From positions 14,619 through 78,618 of the forward strand of contig JAQTQG010000003.1 in NCBI GenBank assembly GCA_028712375.1: a stretch of 64,000 nt of DNA. The letters are read 5' to 3'. The DNA comes from Candidatus Omnitrophota bacterium (GTDB lineage: Bacteria > Omnitrophota > Gorgyraeia > Gygaellales > Profunditerraquicolaceae). Each line of letters opens with the position of its first letter. Positions within the stretch are counted from its first letter, which is position 1. Both the position numbers and the translations under genes were made by a program. Positions 26,666-35,957 of this stretch are shown one piece after another. The notes under the pieces were generated by a model. The model had not been told where the DNA came from and did no database searches. It saw only the letters and a program-made list of their open reading frames with translations.

Positions 26666-28048
26666 CTACTTCCCAATACAAAAATCCATAAAAATTTTAT
26701 CCAGAAGGTCTGCCGAAAAATCTTTACCCAAAATCTTATCAAGATACACGCAAGCATCTTTTAAATTTTGGGTAATAAATTCTACGGGTAATTTCTCAGC
26801 ATGGATATCTCTTGCTTCGGCGATCAATTTTTGAGCATCCCGCAAAGCTTGAATATGCCTCAGGTTGCTTACCAGCATGGGCTCCGGGCCGGCCAGTTTA
26901 CCCTGATAAACAAAATTATAAATGGCATCCTCCAAAAGATTTAAATTTTTTCCGGATTTTGCCGCCAACAGCACAATCCTCTTAAAAACCTGATTAATTT
27001 TATCTTTTTCGATACGCGTTTTTAAATCAATTTTGTTAATTACAGCAATAACATTTTTATTTTTCAACACCTTAATTAATCCCCGGTCCAACTGATTTAA
27101 TTTACTACTGGCATCAAATACCATAATTACCAAATCGGCTAAATCAATCTGGTTGCGGGCCAAGCTGACCGCTTTTTTTTCAATCAGGCCGCGCGGCTTA
27201 AGGATGCCGGCAGTATCTACAATTCTTACCGGAATCCCCTTAACATCAATTAGTTCTTCAATCGTGTCGCGCGTAGTCCCGGCAACCGGAGTAACAATGG
27301 AGCGTTCTTTTTTAAGTAAAGCATTTAAAAGCGAAGATTTTCCCACATTGGGCCTGCCGCAAATAACTACATGCAGCCCCTCGCGCAGGATCCTGCCGCT
27401 ATCGGCGCTGGTCAACAATGTTTTTAACTGCGCATCAATACCAATAAGTCTGCGTAAAATCCCTGCCACATCCTGCGTTTGGGCGGTTTCTTCTGGAAAA
27501 TCAATGTTCGCCTCCAAAATTACCAAAATATCCAATAACCCCCGGCGGATTCGATTAATTTCCCGGGAAAGAGCACCGTTTAACTGACTTAAGCTTATTT
27601 TAAGAGCAGAATCTGTTTTGGCGCGGATAATATCAATAACTGCTTCTGCCTGTGCCAAATCAATACGGCCGTTTAAAAACGCCCGCTTAGTAAATTCACC
27701 CGGCTGCGCCAAGCGGCATCCATGCCGCAGGGTTAAATCAAGAATCTTGCGTAAAGATAAAAGTCCGCCGTGGCAGTTTATCTCTACCACATCCTGGCGC
27801 GTATAAGATTTAGGCCCGCGCATAACACTTAAGATTACTTCATCAACAACTTTATGATTATCTACTATCTGGCCATAATGCATCGTATAGCTCTGATAAT
27901 TTGCGGGTTTGATCTTATCTACGCCTACGAATATTTTGCCGGCAACCGCCAATGACCGGCTGCCGCTTAAGCGCACAATGCCAATCCCGCCTTCTCCGGT
28001 AGCAGTAGAAATCGCCGCAATTGTATCTTCTATATTATCTTCCCGCAT
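26666..28048 (-). CDS. mnmE: tRNA modification GTPase MnmE
   Basis: 460 aa. N-terminal DTIAAISTATGEGGIGIVRLSG, G-domain GRPNVGKSSLLNAL, and the C-terminal CIGK tetrapeptide. Confidence 0.9.
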   Translation of the reverse strand: MREDNIEDTIAAISTATGEGGIGIVRLSGSRSLAVAGKIFVGVDKIKPANYQSYTMHYGQIVDNHKVVDEVILSVMRGPKSYTRQDVVEINCHGGLLSLRKILDLTLRHGCRLAQPGEFTKRAFLNGRIDLAQAEAVIDIIRAKTDSALKISLSQLNGALSREINRIRRGLLDILVILEANIDFPEETAQTQDVAGILRRLIGIDAQLKTLLTSADSGRILREGLHVVICGRPNVGKSSLLNALLKKERSIVTPVAGTTRDTIEELIDVKGIPVRIVDTAGILKPRGLIEKKAVSLARNQIDLADLVIMVFDASSKLNQLDRGLIKVLKNKNVIAVINKIDLKTRIEKDKINQVFKRIVLLAAKSGKNLNLLEDAIYNFVYQGKLAGPEPMLVSNLRHIQALRDAQKLIAEARDIHAEKLPVEFITQNLKDACVYLDKILGKDFSADLLDKIFMDFCIGK

Positions 28049-29399
28049 TCCTGAATTCTCCGACTACAAATAATGAACCGGTAACTAAAATTAAATCCTG
28101 CTTGCCTGCCAGTCTCCCGGCTAAAAGCTTAGCTTCTTTTACGCTTTGCGTCAAATATAGTTTTCTTTTAAAACAAGCGGCCAGCTTCTGCGGAGCAGCT
28201 GCCCGGGAAGTAGCTGCCCGGGTAATTATAATCTCATCGGCTAATGAATCCAAGCTTTTGCAGATCCCCGGGATGTCCTTGTCTGATGAAATCCCTAAGA
28301 CCAAAATGAGTTTCTCATATTTTCCGCCGTAGGCGGATCTGCCTTTGGCGGAAAAATTTTCTTCTATTGCTTTTTTTAAAACTAACGCGGAAGCAGTATT
28401 CTGAGCGCCATCTAAAACCACCCAAGGTTTTCTAGAGGCTACCTCACACCTTCCCGGCCAAACTGCCCGGCCAAGGCCCCGGCGGATAGCAGAAGCCGGC
28501 AGGTCAACACCGTAAGAACTCAAACCTTCCACCAGCCCAACCGCTAAAGCCGCATTCTCTGCCTGATGTTCACCCAAAAGATTTAAATGTAAGCCTTTAT
28601 ATCGGTTCCTTAAACCTTTAATTACTAATTCCCCCTTAGGCCTGGAATATTTAATCTGCCGGCCCACTTCATAAAGCCGGGCTTGAAATTTTTTGCATCT
28701 GCGCCGGATTACCTCTTGAGCCTCTTTATCCTGCGCAGCCGAAATCACAATCGCTGCTTTGTTTTTTATAATTCCGGCTTTCTCTGCCGCGATCTTGGCT
28801 AAAGTATTGCCTAATTTCTGCACATGCTCAAAACTAAGCGGGGTAATCCCGCAAACCAGGGAATCGGCGGTATTCGTCGCATCCAATCTGCCGCCCAGTC
28901 CAGTTTCTAAAACTACAAAATCAGCTTGTTGGCGCTTAAAATACAAAAAAGCCAAAACAGTATAAATCTCAAAAAACGAAAGTTCTCCATATTTTGAGGA
29001 ACGGTTATACCGATTAATCCGCGGTTTCAATTCTTCCACCAATCCGGATAGCGCTTTTTGAGAGATCATCCCTTCAAAATCCCCTCCCCGGCCGCTACGC
29101 TTATAAGTCAAAGGCCGCAGCAATCTAATCCTTTCCCTAAAATCATGCAGATGGGGCGAAGTATAAAGCCCGACGTTAAAACCGGCTTCTCTAAGCATAT
29201 ACGCGGCTAAGGCACAAATGGAGCCCTTACCTTTTGTCCCGGCCACATGAATAACCCGCAGAGATTTTTGGGGATTGCCAAGCGCCGCCAAAAAACCCTG
29301 GATACGCCTTAACTTAAGTGCTTCCGGATAAGAATAGTTTATGTTTTTTTCGTAATTAACGAGAGAATTTAGGTATTTCTTAACTTCCGGGTAGGTCAT
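28035..29399 (-). CDS. folC: dihydrofolate synthase / folylpolyglutamate synthase
   Basis: 454 aa. P-loop HVAGTKGKGS and Mur-ligase family layout. Confidence 0.85.
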   Translation of the reverse strand: MTYPEVKKYLNSLVNYEKNINYSYPEALKLRRIQGFLAALGNPQKSLRVIHVAGTKGKGSICALAAYMLREAGFNVGLYTSPHLHDFRERIRLLRPLTYKRSGRGGDFEGMISQKALSGLVEELKPRINRYNRSSKYGELSFFEIYTVLAFLYFKRQQADFVVLETGLGGRLDATNTADSLVCGITPLSFEHVQKLGNTLAKIAAEKAGIIKNKAAIVISAAQDKEAQEVIRRRCKKFQARLYEVGRQIKYSRPKGELVIKGLRNRYKGLHLNLLGEHQAENAALAVGLVEGLSSYGVDLPASAIRRGLGRAVWPGRCEVASRKPWVVLDGAQNTASALVLKKAIEENFSAKGRSAYGGKYEKLILVLGISSDKDIPGICKSLDSLADEIIITRAATSRAAAPQKLAACFKRKLYLTQSVKEAKLLAGRLAGKQDLILVTGSLFVVGEFRNAGR

Positions 29400-29402
29400 A
29401 CA

Positions 29403-30959
29403 TTAATGCTTAAAATGCCTGATGCCTGTAGTTACCATCGCAATTTTATATTTGTCGCAAGCGGCAATAATATCCTCATCGGCAATAGAGCCCCCGGGTT
29501 GGATTATCGCTTTGGCCCCGGCTTTATGTGCCCAGGAGATAGCATCGGGCTTGGGGAAAAAAGCATCGGAAGCCAAACAACAGCCCTGTTTAAGTTTGGA
29601 GGATTTCTTTTTAGCAATCATCACCGAGTCTACGCGGGACATTTGCCCGGCGCCGATACCCACCGTCGCGCTCCCCGCCGCCAAAACAATTGCGTTTGAT
29701 TTTACATGCTTAGCTACTTTCCAGGCAAAAATCAAAGTCTGCAGCTGAGCTTTGCTGGGTTTTTTTCTGGTTACCACTTTAAGATTACGCATATCCAAAG
29801 TAAGCGCATCCCGGGTCTCTAAAAGTATGCCTCCGCTGACCCGCTTCATCTGTAAATCATCAGACGCTCCCCAATCCGGTAATTGCAACAGGCGTAAATT
29901 TTTCTTTGTCTTAAATAAATCCCGGGCCTCTTGTTCAAAGCCGGGAGCAATAATACATTCCAAAAATCCGCTTTTCATAATAAACCCGGCGGTCTTTAAA
30001 TCCATTTTTCTATTTAATGCTACAATCCCGCCAAAGGCCGAAAGTTTATCTGCCTTCCAAGCATTTAGATATGCTTTACTTAACTCTTTATCTTCAGCAG
30101 CACCGCAGGGATTATTATGTTTAACAATTACCGCCGCCGGATTTTTAAATTCTTTGGCCAATTCCACCGCAGAGTTAAGATCGAGGATATTATTAAAGGA
30201 CAGTTCTTTGCCTTGCAATTGTTGACAATTAATTAACCCCCTGGTTTTGCCTTTTTCTTTATAAAAAGAGGCCTGCTGATGCGGATTTTCTCCATAACGC
30301 AAATCCTGAATCTTCTCAAACACTAAGTGAAGTTCGCGGGGAAAATTTTCGTCTGCCCTGTTAATTTTAAAATATTCACTTAAATAATTATAGATTGCCG
30401 CGTCATATTTACTGGTATGGCCGTAAACCTCAACGCTTAACTGGCACATTAAATCTTCAGATAAACAACCGTTATTCTGCTTTAGCTGGGCGATTACCTG
30501 CCCATAGCGCTGCGGGTTACAAATAACAGCTACGGATTGATAATTCTTAGCGGCTGAGCGCAGCATCGCCGGTCCGCCAATATCAATATTTTCAATAACT
30601 TCAGAAATGCTTACAGACGGTTTTTGGATAATTTTTTCAAAAGGATACAAATTGACCACCAGCATATCAATCAACCCGATATTCTGCTCTGCCAATACCC
30701 GCAAATGATCCGGGTTATCGCGTAAAGCTAACAAACCGCCGTGAATCTTCGGATGTAAAGTCTTTACCCGGCCGTCAAGCATTTCGGGAAAACCTGTGTA
30801 TTGCGAAACCTCGCTTACCGCAATGTTATTTTCACGTAAAAGCTTAGCCGTGCCTCCGGTAGAAATAATTTCTACGCCAAAATTTTTTAATTCCTTGGCT
30901 AAATCTACAACGCCGATTTTATCTGAAAGGCTAATCAGTGCCCTTTTAATTTTTACCAT
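29403..30959 (-). CDS. purH: bifunctional AICAR transformylase / IMP cyclohydrolase
   Basis: 518 aa. N-terminal MGS-like domain (ALISLSDKIGVVDLAKEL...ISTGGTAK) plus AICARFT domain. Confidence 0.9.
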   Translation of the reverse strand: MVKIKRALISLSDKIGVVDLAKELKNFGVEIISTGGTAKLLRENNIAVSEVSQYTGFPEMLDGRVKTLHPKIHGGLLALRDNPDHLRVLAEQNIGLIDMLVVNLYPFEKIIQKPSVSISEVIENIDIGGPAMLRSAAKNYQSVAVICNPQRYGQVIAQLKQNNGCLSEDLMCQLSVEVYGHTSKYDAAIYNYLSEYFKINRADENFPRELHLVFEKIQDLRYGENPHQQASFYKEKGKTRGLINCQQLQGKELSFNNILDLNSAVELAKEFKNPAAVIVKHNNPCGAAEDKELSKAYLNAWKADKLSAFGGIVALNRKMDLKTAGFIMKSGFLECIIAPGFEQEARDLFKTKKNLRLLQLPDWGASDDLQMKRVSGGILLETRDALTLDMRNLKVVTRKKPSKAQLQTLIFAWKVAKHVKSNAIVLAAGSATVGIGAGQMSRVDSVMIAKKKSSKLKQGCCLASDAFFPKPDAISWAHKAGAKAIIQPGGSIADEDIIAACDKYKIAMVTTGIRHFKH

Positions 30960-30982
30960 TGGACATCTTCCTTGTATCCAGA

Positions 30983-31684
30983 TTATTTATTAAACCGGAA
31001 ATTAACTAAATCCGCATCCTGCATCACATAATCTTTTAACTCCAGGCGCATTTTTCCGGCCTGCTTAGCCTGAGTCTCCCCGCCGCAGGCAATAAAATCC
31101 GTAAAACTTATGATTTCAGCGCGGATAAAACCCTGTTGAATATCAGAATGAATAACCCCGGCGGCCTCCCAGGCCGTTGTGCCTTTTTTAATCAGCCAGG
31201 CACGATTCTCTTTATCCCCTACGGTCAAAAAATAAATAAAACCGCTTTGCGCCAGGACTTTGGCTAATAAAGCACCTAAATCTTCCGCATCTTCTTTGCG
31301 GATTACCGCTACCGGTTTGAGCGTTAATAAACCATAGCCGGAAATAACCTCATTTTCTGCAGCCGTTAAGCCTAGCGTAGAAATAAACTCTTCTTTCTCT
31401 AAGGCTGCTTTCATCTTACTCAAAATTGTTTTTTCATTCTCCGCCGGAGACTTGGCTAAACGCGTTTCCACAAAATCCAGGTCATGCAGGATCAGGTCCA
31501 TCTTACTGTCGGCGGTAATCATAATCGCATCTGCCTCCTGCGCCGCATCCTGGCCTACCAACTCTACCTGCGGGTAAGTTTTTTTCTTGGCTTTCACTAA
31601 CTTATCCGCTTGATCTAACCGGGTTTCTTTAACATTCTGCCTGCCCAACGGAAGTTCACTAATTGCAAATACGCTTATTTTCAT
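30983..31684 (-). CDS. YchF/Ola1-like protein lacking the G domain (helical + TGS/DUF933 domains only)
   Basis: The C-terminus GVIHSDIQQGFIRAEIISFTDFI...GKMRLELKDYVMQDADLVNFRFN matches the YchF C-terminus almost motif for motif. The N-terminus has no P-loop, G3 or G4 motifs. Confidence 0.55.
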   Translation of the reverse strand: MKISVFAISELPLGRQNVKETRLDQADKLVKAKKKTYPQVELVGQDAAQEADAIMITADSKMDLILHDLDFVETRLAKSPAENEKTILSKMKAALEKEEFISTLGLTAAENEVISGYGLLTLKPVAVIRKEDAEDLGALLAKVLAQSGFIYFLTVGDKENRAWLIKKGTTAWEAAGVIHSDIQQGFIRAEIISFTDFIACGGETQAKQAGKMRLELKDYVMQDADLVNFRFNK

Positions 31685-31806
31685 AAATAAATTAAGTTGT
31701 CTTCTAACTTCCTCATAGTTTTAAAATCTAAGGGGACAGTTCCGTTTTCCGATCAATCAAACTGCGGAAAAATAGAACCGTCCCCTTTATTCCAACGGCT
31801 AAAAAA

Positions 31807-32994
31807 TTATTCCAGGTAGGTGTAAATCTTTCCTTTGTAATTGCGCAACACATATTTACCTTTGGCCTGGGAAAGAATATAGTTTGGCCCCACAGGGATC
31901 TTCCCGCCGCCGCCCGGCCCGTCAATGACGTAGGTCGGAACAGCATAACCGGAAGTATGTCCGCGCAATTTCTCAATAATATTAATTCCCGTAGCTACCG
32001 GGGTACGAAAATGCTGCGTGCCCCTAACCGGATCACACTGATAAATATAATATGGCCTGACCCTGATCTGTAAAAGATCATGCACCAGCCTCCTCATAAT
32101 GAATGGCCGGTCATTAATTCCTTTAAGCAGTACCGATTGGCTTCCTAAGGGAATACCGCTTTCGGCAAGCATATCGCAGGCGTTTTGACAACGCTTAGTT
32201 ATCTCTTTAGGATGATTAAAATGAATACTCATCCAGATCGGCGCATACTTTTTAAGCATCTGCACCAGATTCTCAGTAATCCGCTGCGGCAAAGTTACCG
32301 GGATACGCGTACCAATTCTTAACAATTCCACATGCGATATCGCACGAATTTTTGAAATTAAAGACTCCAGGGCTTCATCTTCCAAGGTAAGCGGATCGCC
32401 TCCGGAAATTAACACATCCCGGATTTTACGGTTAGATTTAATATACTCGATAGCCGCATCAAATTTAGTTTCCGGATTTAAGTCTTTTTCCTCATGATCC
32501 CCCACTAAACGCCGGCGGGTGCAATGACGGCAATACATCGCACAATGATCAGTCGCCAACAATAAAACCCTGTCCGGATAGCGGTGCACTAAATGCGGTG
32601 CGGGAGAATCCCGGTCTTCCGCACAGGGATCGGCCATCTCATGCGGAGCAACAGAAAATTCATCATTCACCGGAACAGATTGCCTGCGGATAGGGCAATT
32701 AGGGTCTTCTGCGTCAATCTGACTGGCCCAATAAGGAGTAATCGCCATCGCCAACCGGCCTTTGGCCTTATCAATGCCCTTCTCTTCTTCCGGGGTAAGC
32801 TTAATAATCTGGATTAATTCTTCTTTGGTGCGGATTCGGTGCTTAAGCTGCCAATGCCAATCTTCCCAATCCAAAGGATTGACATCTTTATAAAGAGCTA
32901 TCTGCTGATAATCCCGTGCGCGTTTGGTGGGCCGGTAAATAACCGGAGTCTCCATTTGTACTTTTTGGTTTTCTAAGCTTGCAGGATTACTCAA
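31807..32994 (-). CDS. kamA: lysine 2,3-aminomutase (radical SAM, KamA family)
   Basis: 395 aa. CAMYCRHCTRRR (CxxxCxxC) and KamA-family flanking sequence (ISGGDPL, PLP-binding region). Confidence 0.8.
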   Translation of the reverse strand: MSNPASLENQKVQMETPVIYRPTKRARDYQQIALYKDVNPLDWEDWHWQLKHRIRTKEELIQIIKLTPEEEKGIDKAKGRLAMAITPYWASQIDAEDPNCPIRRQSVPVNDEFSVAPHEMADPCAEDRDSPAPHLVHRYPDRVLLLATDHCAMYCRHCTRRRLVGDHEEKDLNPETKFDAAIEYIKSNRKIRDVLISGGDPLTLEDEALESLISKIRAISHVELLRIGTRIPVTLPQRITENLVQMLKKYAPIWMSIHFNHPKEITKRCQNACDMLAESGIPLGSQSVLLKGINDRPFIMRRLVHDLLQIRVRPYYIYQCDPVRGTQHFRTPVATGINIIEKLRGHTSGYAVPTYVIDGPGGGGKIPVGPNYILSQAKGKYVLRNYKGKIYTYLE

Positions 32995-32995
32995 T

Positions 32996-33994
32996 TTAAG
33001 CCTTTGTCCTTTCCGAGGCGCTTAACAATATGGCCTCAATAAGATCTTCATATTTCATCCCGGCGGCATAAGCCATAATGGGAAAATTCGATTCCTTAGG
33101 ATCCAGCCCCGGTAAGGGGTTAATTTCTAGAACATAGGGTACATTAAATTTATCCAGGCGGATATCCGTGCGGGAAATATCCAGGCACCCTACAGCACGA
33201 TGCGTACGCAAAGCTACATCCTTTACTTTTTCTTCAATCTCCTTATCCAGCCGGGCCGGGCAATAGAATTCCGGCACCAGGCCTAATTCGCTATTGCCCT
33301 GGAACTCTTTCATTTTCCAGGAATAAAAATATTCTCCGCTTTTTTTACAATTAGAAAAGTCGATTTCCAAAATCGGTAAAACACGGGTTTTACCATTCTC
33401 CAGAATACCGACGGTTAATTCCTTGCCTTCAATAAATTCTTCAACTAACGCTTCCTGCCGGTAAACATCAATACATTCCTTAATCTTACAGAAAAGATCT
33501 TCAGGATTATTTACAACATTAGTTTTATTTATCCCTTTAGCCGACCCTTCACAGTTAGGCTTGACAATAAGAGGGAATTTTAAATCCGGATCCAATATTT
33601 CATCACCTTTGACAAAAAGTTGAAAATTCGGAGTAGGAATATTCTCTGCTTTAAGAATCTTTTTGGTCAAAGTCTTATTTAATGCCAGCGCCAAAGAAAA
33701 AGTATCCGACCCGGTATAGGGTATATTTAAATAATCTAATACTGCCGGTACTTCGCTTTCGCGGAAACGGCCGTGTTTTCCTTCGGCGATATTAAACACC
33801 ATATCCACGCGGTTCTTTCTAAAATAAGAAAATAGTGCCGGATACTCTACGTCAATAGCATCTACCGAATGCCCCTTGGTTTTAAGCGCGGTAACCACAG
33901 AATTAATCGTCTCCTCGGAATCGCATTCGGAGAAATAATCTGCCGGCTTTAAAGGATCTTTCTTTTTTAAATTATATGTTAAAGCAACGCGCAT
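32996..33994 (-). CDS. D-alanine--D-alanine ligase-family ATP-grasp enzyme (paralog B)
   Basis: 332 aa. Ddl-like N-domain, ATP-grasp central domain (FPLIVKP...GSAKGI, EEFIEGKELTVGIL) and C-terminal VLEINPLPGL. Confidence 0.7.
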   Translation of the reverse strand: MRVALTYNLKKKDPLKPADYFSECDSEETINSVVTALKTKGHSVDAIDVEYPALFSYFRKNRVDMVFNIAEGKHGRFRESEVPAVLDYLNIPYTGSDTFSLALALNKTLTKKILKAENIPTPNFQLFVKGDEILDPDLKFPLIVKPNCEGSAKGINKTNVVNNPEDLFCKIKECIDVYRQEALVEEFIEGKELTVGILENGKTRVLPILEIDFSNCKKSGEYFYSWKMKEFQGNSELGLVPEFYCPARLDKEIEEKVKDVALRTHRAVGCLDISRTDIRLDKFNVPYVLEINPLPGLDPKESNFPIMAYAAGMKYEDLIEAILLSASERTKA

Positions 33995-34984
33995 TTAATT
34001 TAAGTTATTCCTCACTATAGCACTGTTTAAAATTTTACCCACCATCTGTTCATAAGTAATGCCGATATTTTTAGCCACCAGCATAAAAACATCTTCCGTA
34101 GAAAGAGAGGGCAGCGGGTTAATCTCTAAAACATAGGGGCTGCCATTATTATCCACCCGGAAATCGACCCTGCCAAAATCACGGCACTCTACACTTCGAT
34201 AAACTTGCAAAGCCAGCTCATCCAGCTTTTTCTTTAAGTCGCCGGTAATCTTAGCCGGACAGATATATTCCAAGCGGTCAGAAGTAATCCGCGCAAAAGT
34301 ATAGAACTTGTCATTTAGTTTCAGCTTTCCGTCTATTTTAATCTGTACCACCGGCATTACTTCCGGGTTTTCATTGCCGACGATCGCTACAGTAAATTCC
34401 TGCCCTGAGATAAATTCTTCAACCAAAGCAGGCTGTTTATAAGTAGTAGTAATAAACTCTACCTGCTTTTTCAGTTCATCTGTATTCTCAACCCGCGAAT
34501 TTTCACTTAACCCCTTAGATGACCCTTCAAAACGCGGTTTAACAATTAAAGGAAATTTGCAGTGGTCATAATTAACCGAAGCTGCAGCGGAGCTAACTTC
34601 AAAAAATTTAGGAGTAGGGATCCCTTCGGCAATAAAAATTTTTTTAGCCATTATTTTATCCAAAGTAAGCCCTAAAGTTAAGGCATCAGCCCCTACAAAA
34701 GGAACCCCGGCCATTTCCAGTAAAATAGGGACCTGGGATTCCCGGTTTCTTCCGCTTAGTCCTTCAGAAATATTAAAAACAATATCTACCCCTAAATTGT
34801 CTATCTTCTCCAGCAGATTAGTAGCATTGCCTATCTTCTTAACTTTAAAACCGTTAGCGGCAATCGCATCAGCAATCACATCAACTGTCGACAAAGAATC
34901 AAACTCCGCGTTAGCATCCAGCGGGTCGCCTTCCTTAAATTTGTAATCTGTTTTTAAATCGTAAGTCAAACCGACGGTTTTCAT
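33995..34984 (-). CDS. D-alanine--D-alanine ligase-family ATP-grasp enzyme (paralog A)
   Basis: 329 aa. Same architecture as 32996-33994 (FPLIVKPRFEGSSKGL, EEFISGQEFTVAIV, VLEINPLPSL). Stop abuts the paralog B start. Confidence 0.7.
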   Translation of the reverse strand: MKTVGLTYDLKTDYKFKEGDPLDANAEFDSLSTVDVIADAIAANGFKVKKIGNATNLLEKIDNLGVDIVFNISEGLSGRNRESQVPILLEMAGVPFVGADALTLGLTLDKIMAKKIFIAEGIPTPKFFEVSSAAASVNYDHCKFPLIVKPRFEGSSKGLSENSRVENTDELKKQVEFITTTYKQPALVEEFISGQEFTVAIVGNENPEVMPVVQIKIDGKLKLNDKFYTFARITSDRLEYICPAKITGDLKKKLDELALQVYRSVECRDFGRVDFRVDNNGSPYVLEINPLPSLSTEDVFMLVAKNIGITYEQMVGKILNSAIVRNNLN

Positions 34985-35306
34985 AATCTTTACTCGTTTT
35001 ATCCTTATATCCGGAAAGATCCTTGCGCTTCGCGCAAGGATTTCGCTGTATTTGTATGGGTGCTCAAAAAATAAGGGCTCACTTTCAATGACTTTACTCG
35101 AGAGCCCTTAAGAATCTATCCGATTTTTTCCAACTTCAGTTTAATCCTCCGCTAAATTTTACGCAAAATGTTGTATCTATGTTATTTTTTTACCACAATA
35201 TGTTGGCATTGTCAAGTATTTTTTGTTTAATTGCGCGATAGGATTTCTTTTGTTTTATCGTCGGTAAATCTAATTGCGGAGGAACAGAATACTGTATTTA
35301 ACGAAA

Positions 35307-35954
35307 CTAAAACGGGGAGGTTTTTTCTTGCGGTAAAAAAGTTATTCCGGCATCCCGAAGATCCTTGACTAACTGTTCAAAATTACTAAAAACGTAACCC
35401 TGGATACCCAGGGATTTGGCGCTTTCTACCAATTCCGGACGGTCATCAGTATAGAAAATTTCTTGCGGCTTAATTTTTAAACTTTGAATAACCAAATTAT
35501 AAATTTCTTTATCCGGCTTAATTACCCCTAGCTGAAAAGAAAGAAAAACTTTATCAAAAACTCCAAATACAGGGAAATTTTTCTGTAAATATTCATAATG
35601 CAGGATATTAATATTAGAAAGCAACGCTACTTCATAACCGGACCGCAGAGTATTAATTAAACTAAAGACTGAACGGTTCTTAGCGCTTAGGAAGAATATA
35701 TCATTCCAAATCGGCTTAAACGACTCATAACTAAGCCTTAGGTCCAACATTTGTTTAACTTGAGAGTAAAAATCTTCAGGGGAAAGCTTCCCGGCCTCAA
35801 AAGCTCCGGTTACGTCGGACTCTAAAAAAAGCTCGCAAATTTGGACTGGGGTTCTGGAACAAAAAGCCGCTATTCTCTGTGCGGCCCTTAAATGGTCAAA
35901 ATCCACCAACACGCGGCCCAAATCAAACAGTAAAGCTTTAATCCCCTGAGCCAT
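35307..35954 (-). CDS. HAD-superfamily hydrolase (subfamily IA-like)
   Basis: 215 aa. Motif I LLFDLGRVLVDFD plus downstream HAD motifs. Confidence 0.75.
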   Translation of the reverse strand: MAQGIKALLFDLGRVLVDFDHLRAAQRIAAFCSRTPVQICELFLESDVTGAFEAGKLSPEDFYSQVKQMLDLRLSYESFKPIWNDIFFLSAKNRSVFSLINTLRSGYEVALLSNINILHYEYLQKNFPVFGVFDKVFLSFQLGVIKPDKEIYNLVIQSLKIKPQEIFYTDDRPELVESAKSLGIQGYVFSNFEQLVKDLRDAGITFLPQEKTSPF

Positions 35955-35957
35955 AAA

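Noticed and set aside
31728-31976. 82-aa minus-strand ORF overlapping the kamA 3' end
   Set aside because: Out-of-frame overlap with a well-supported gene and no motif. It starts inside the hairpin region.
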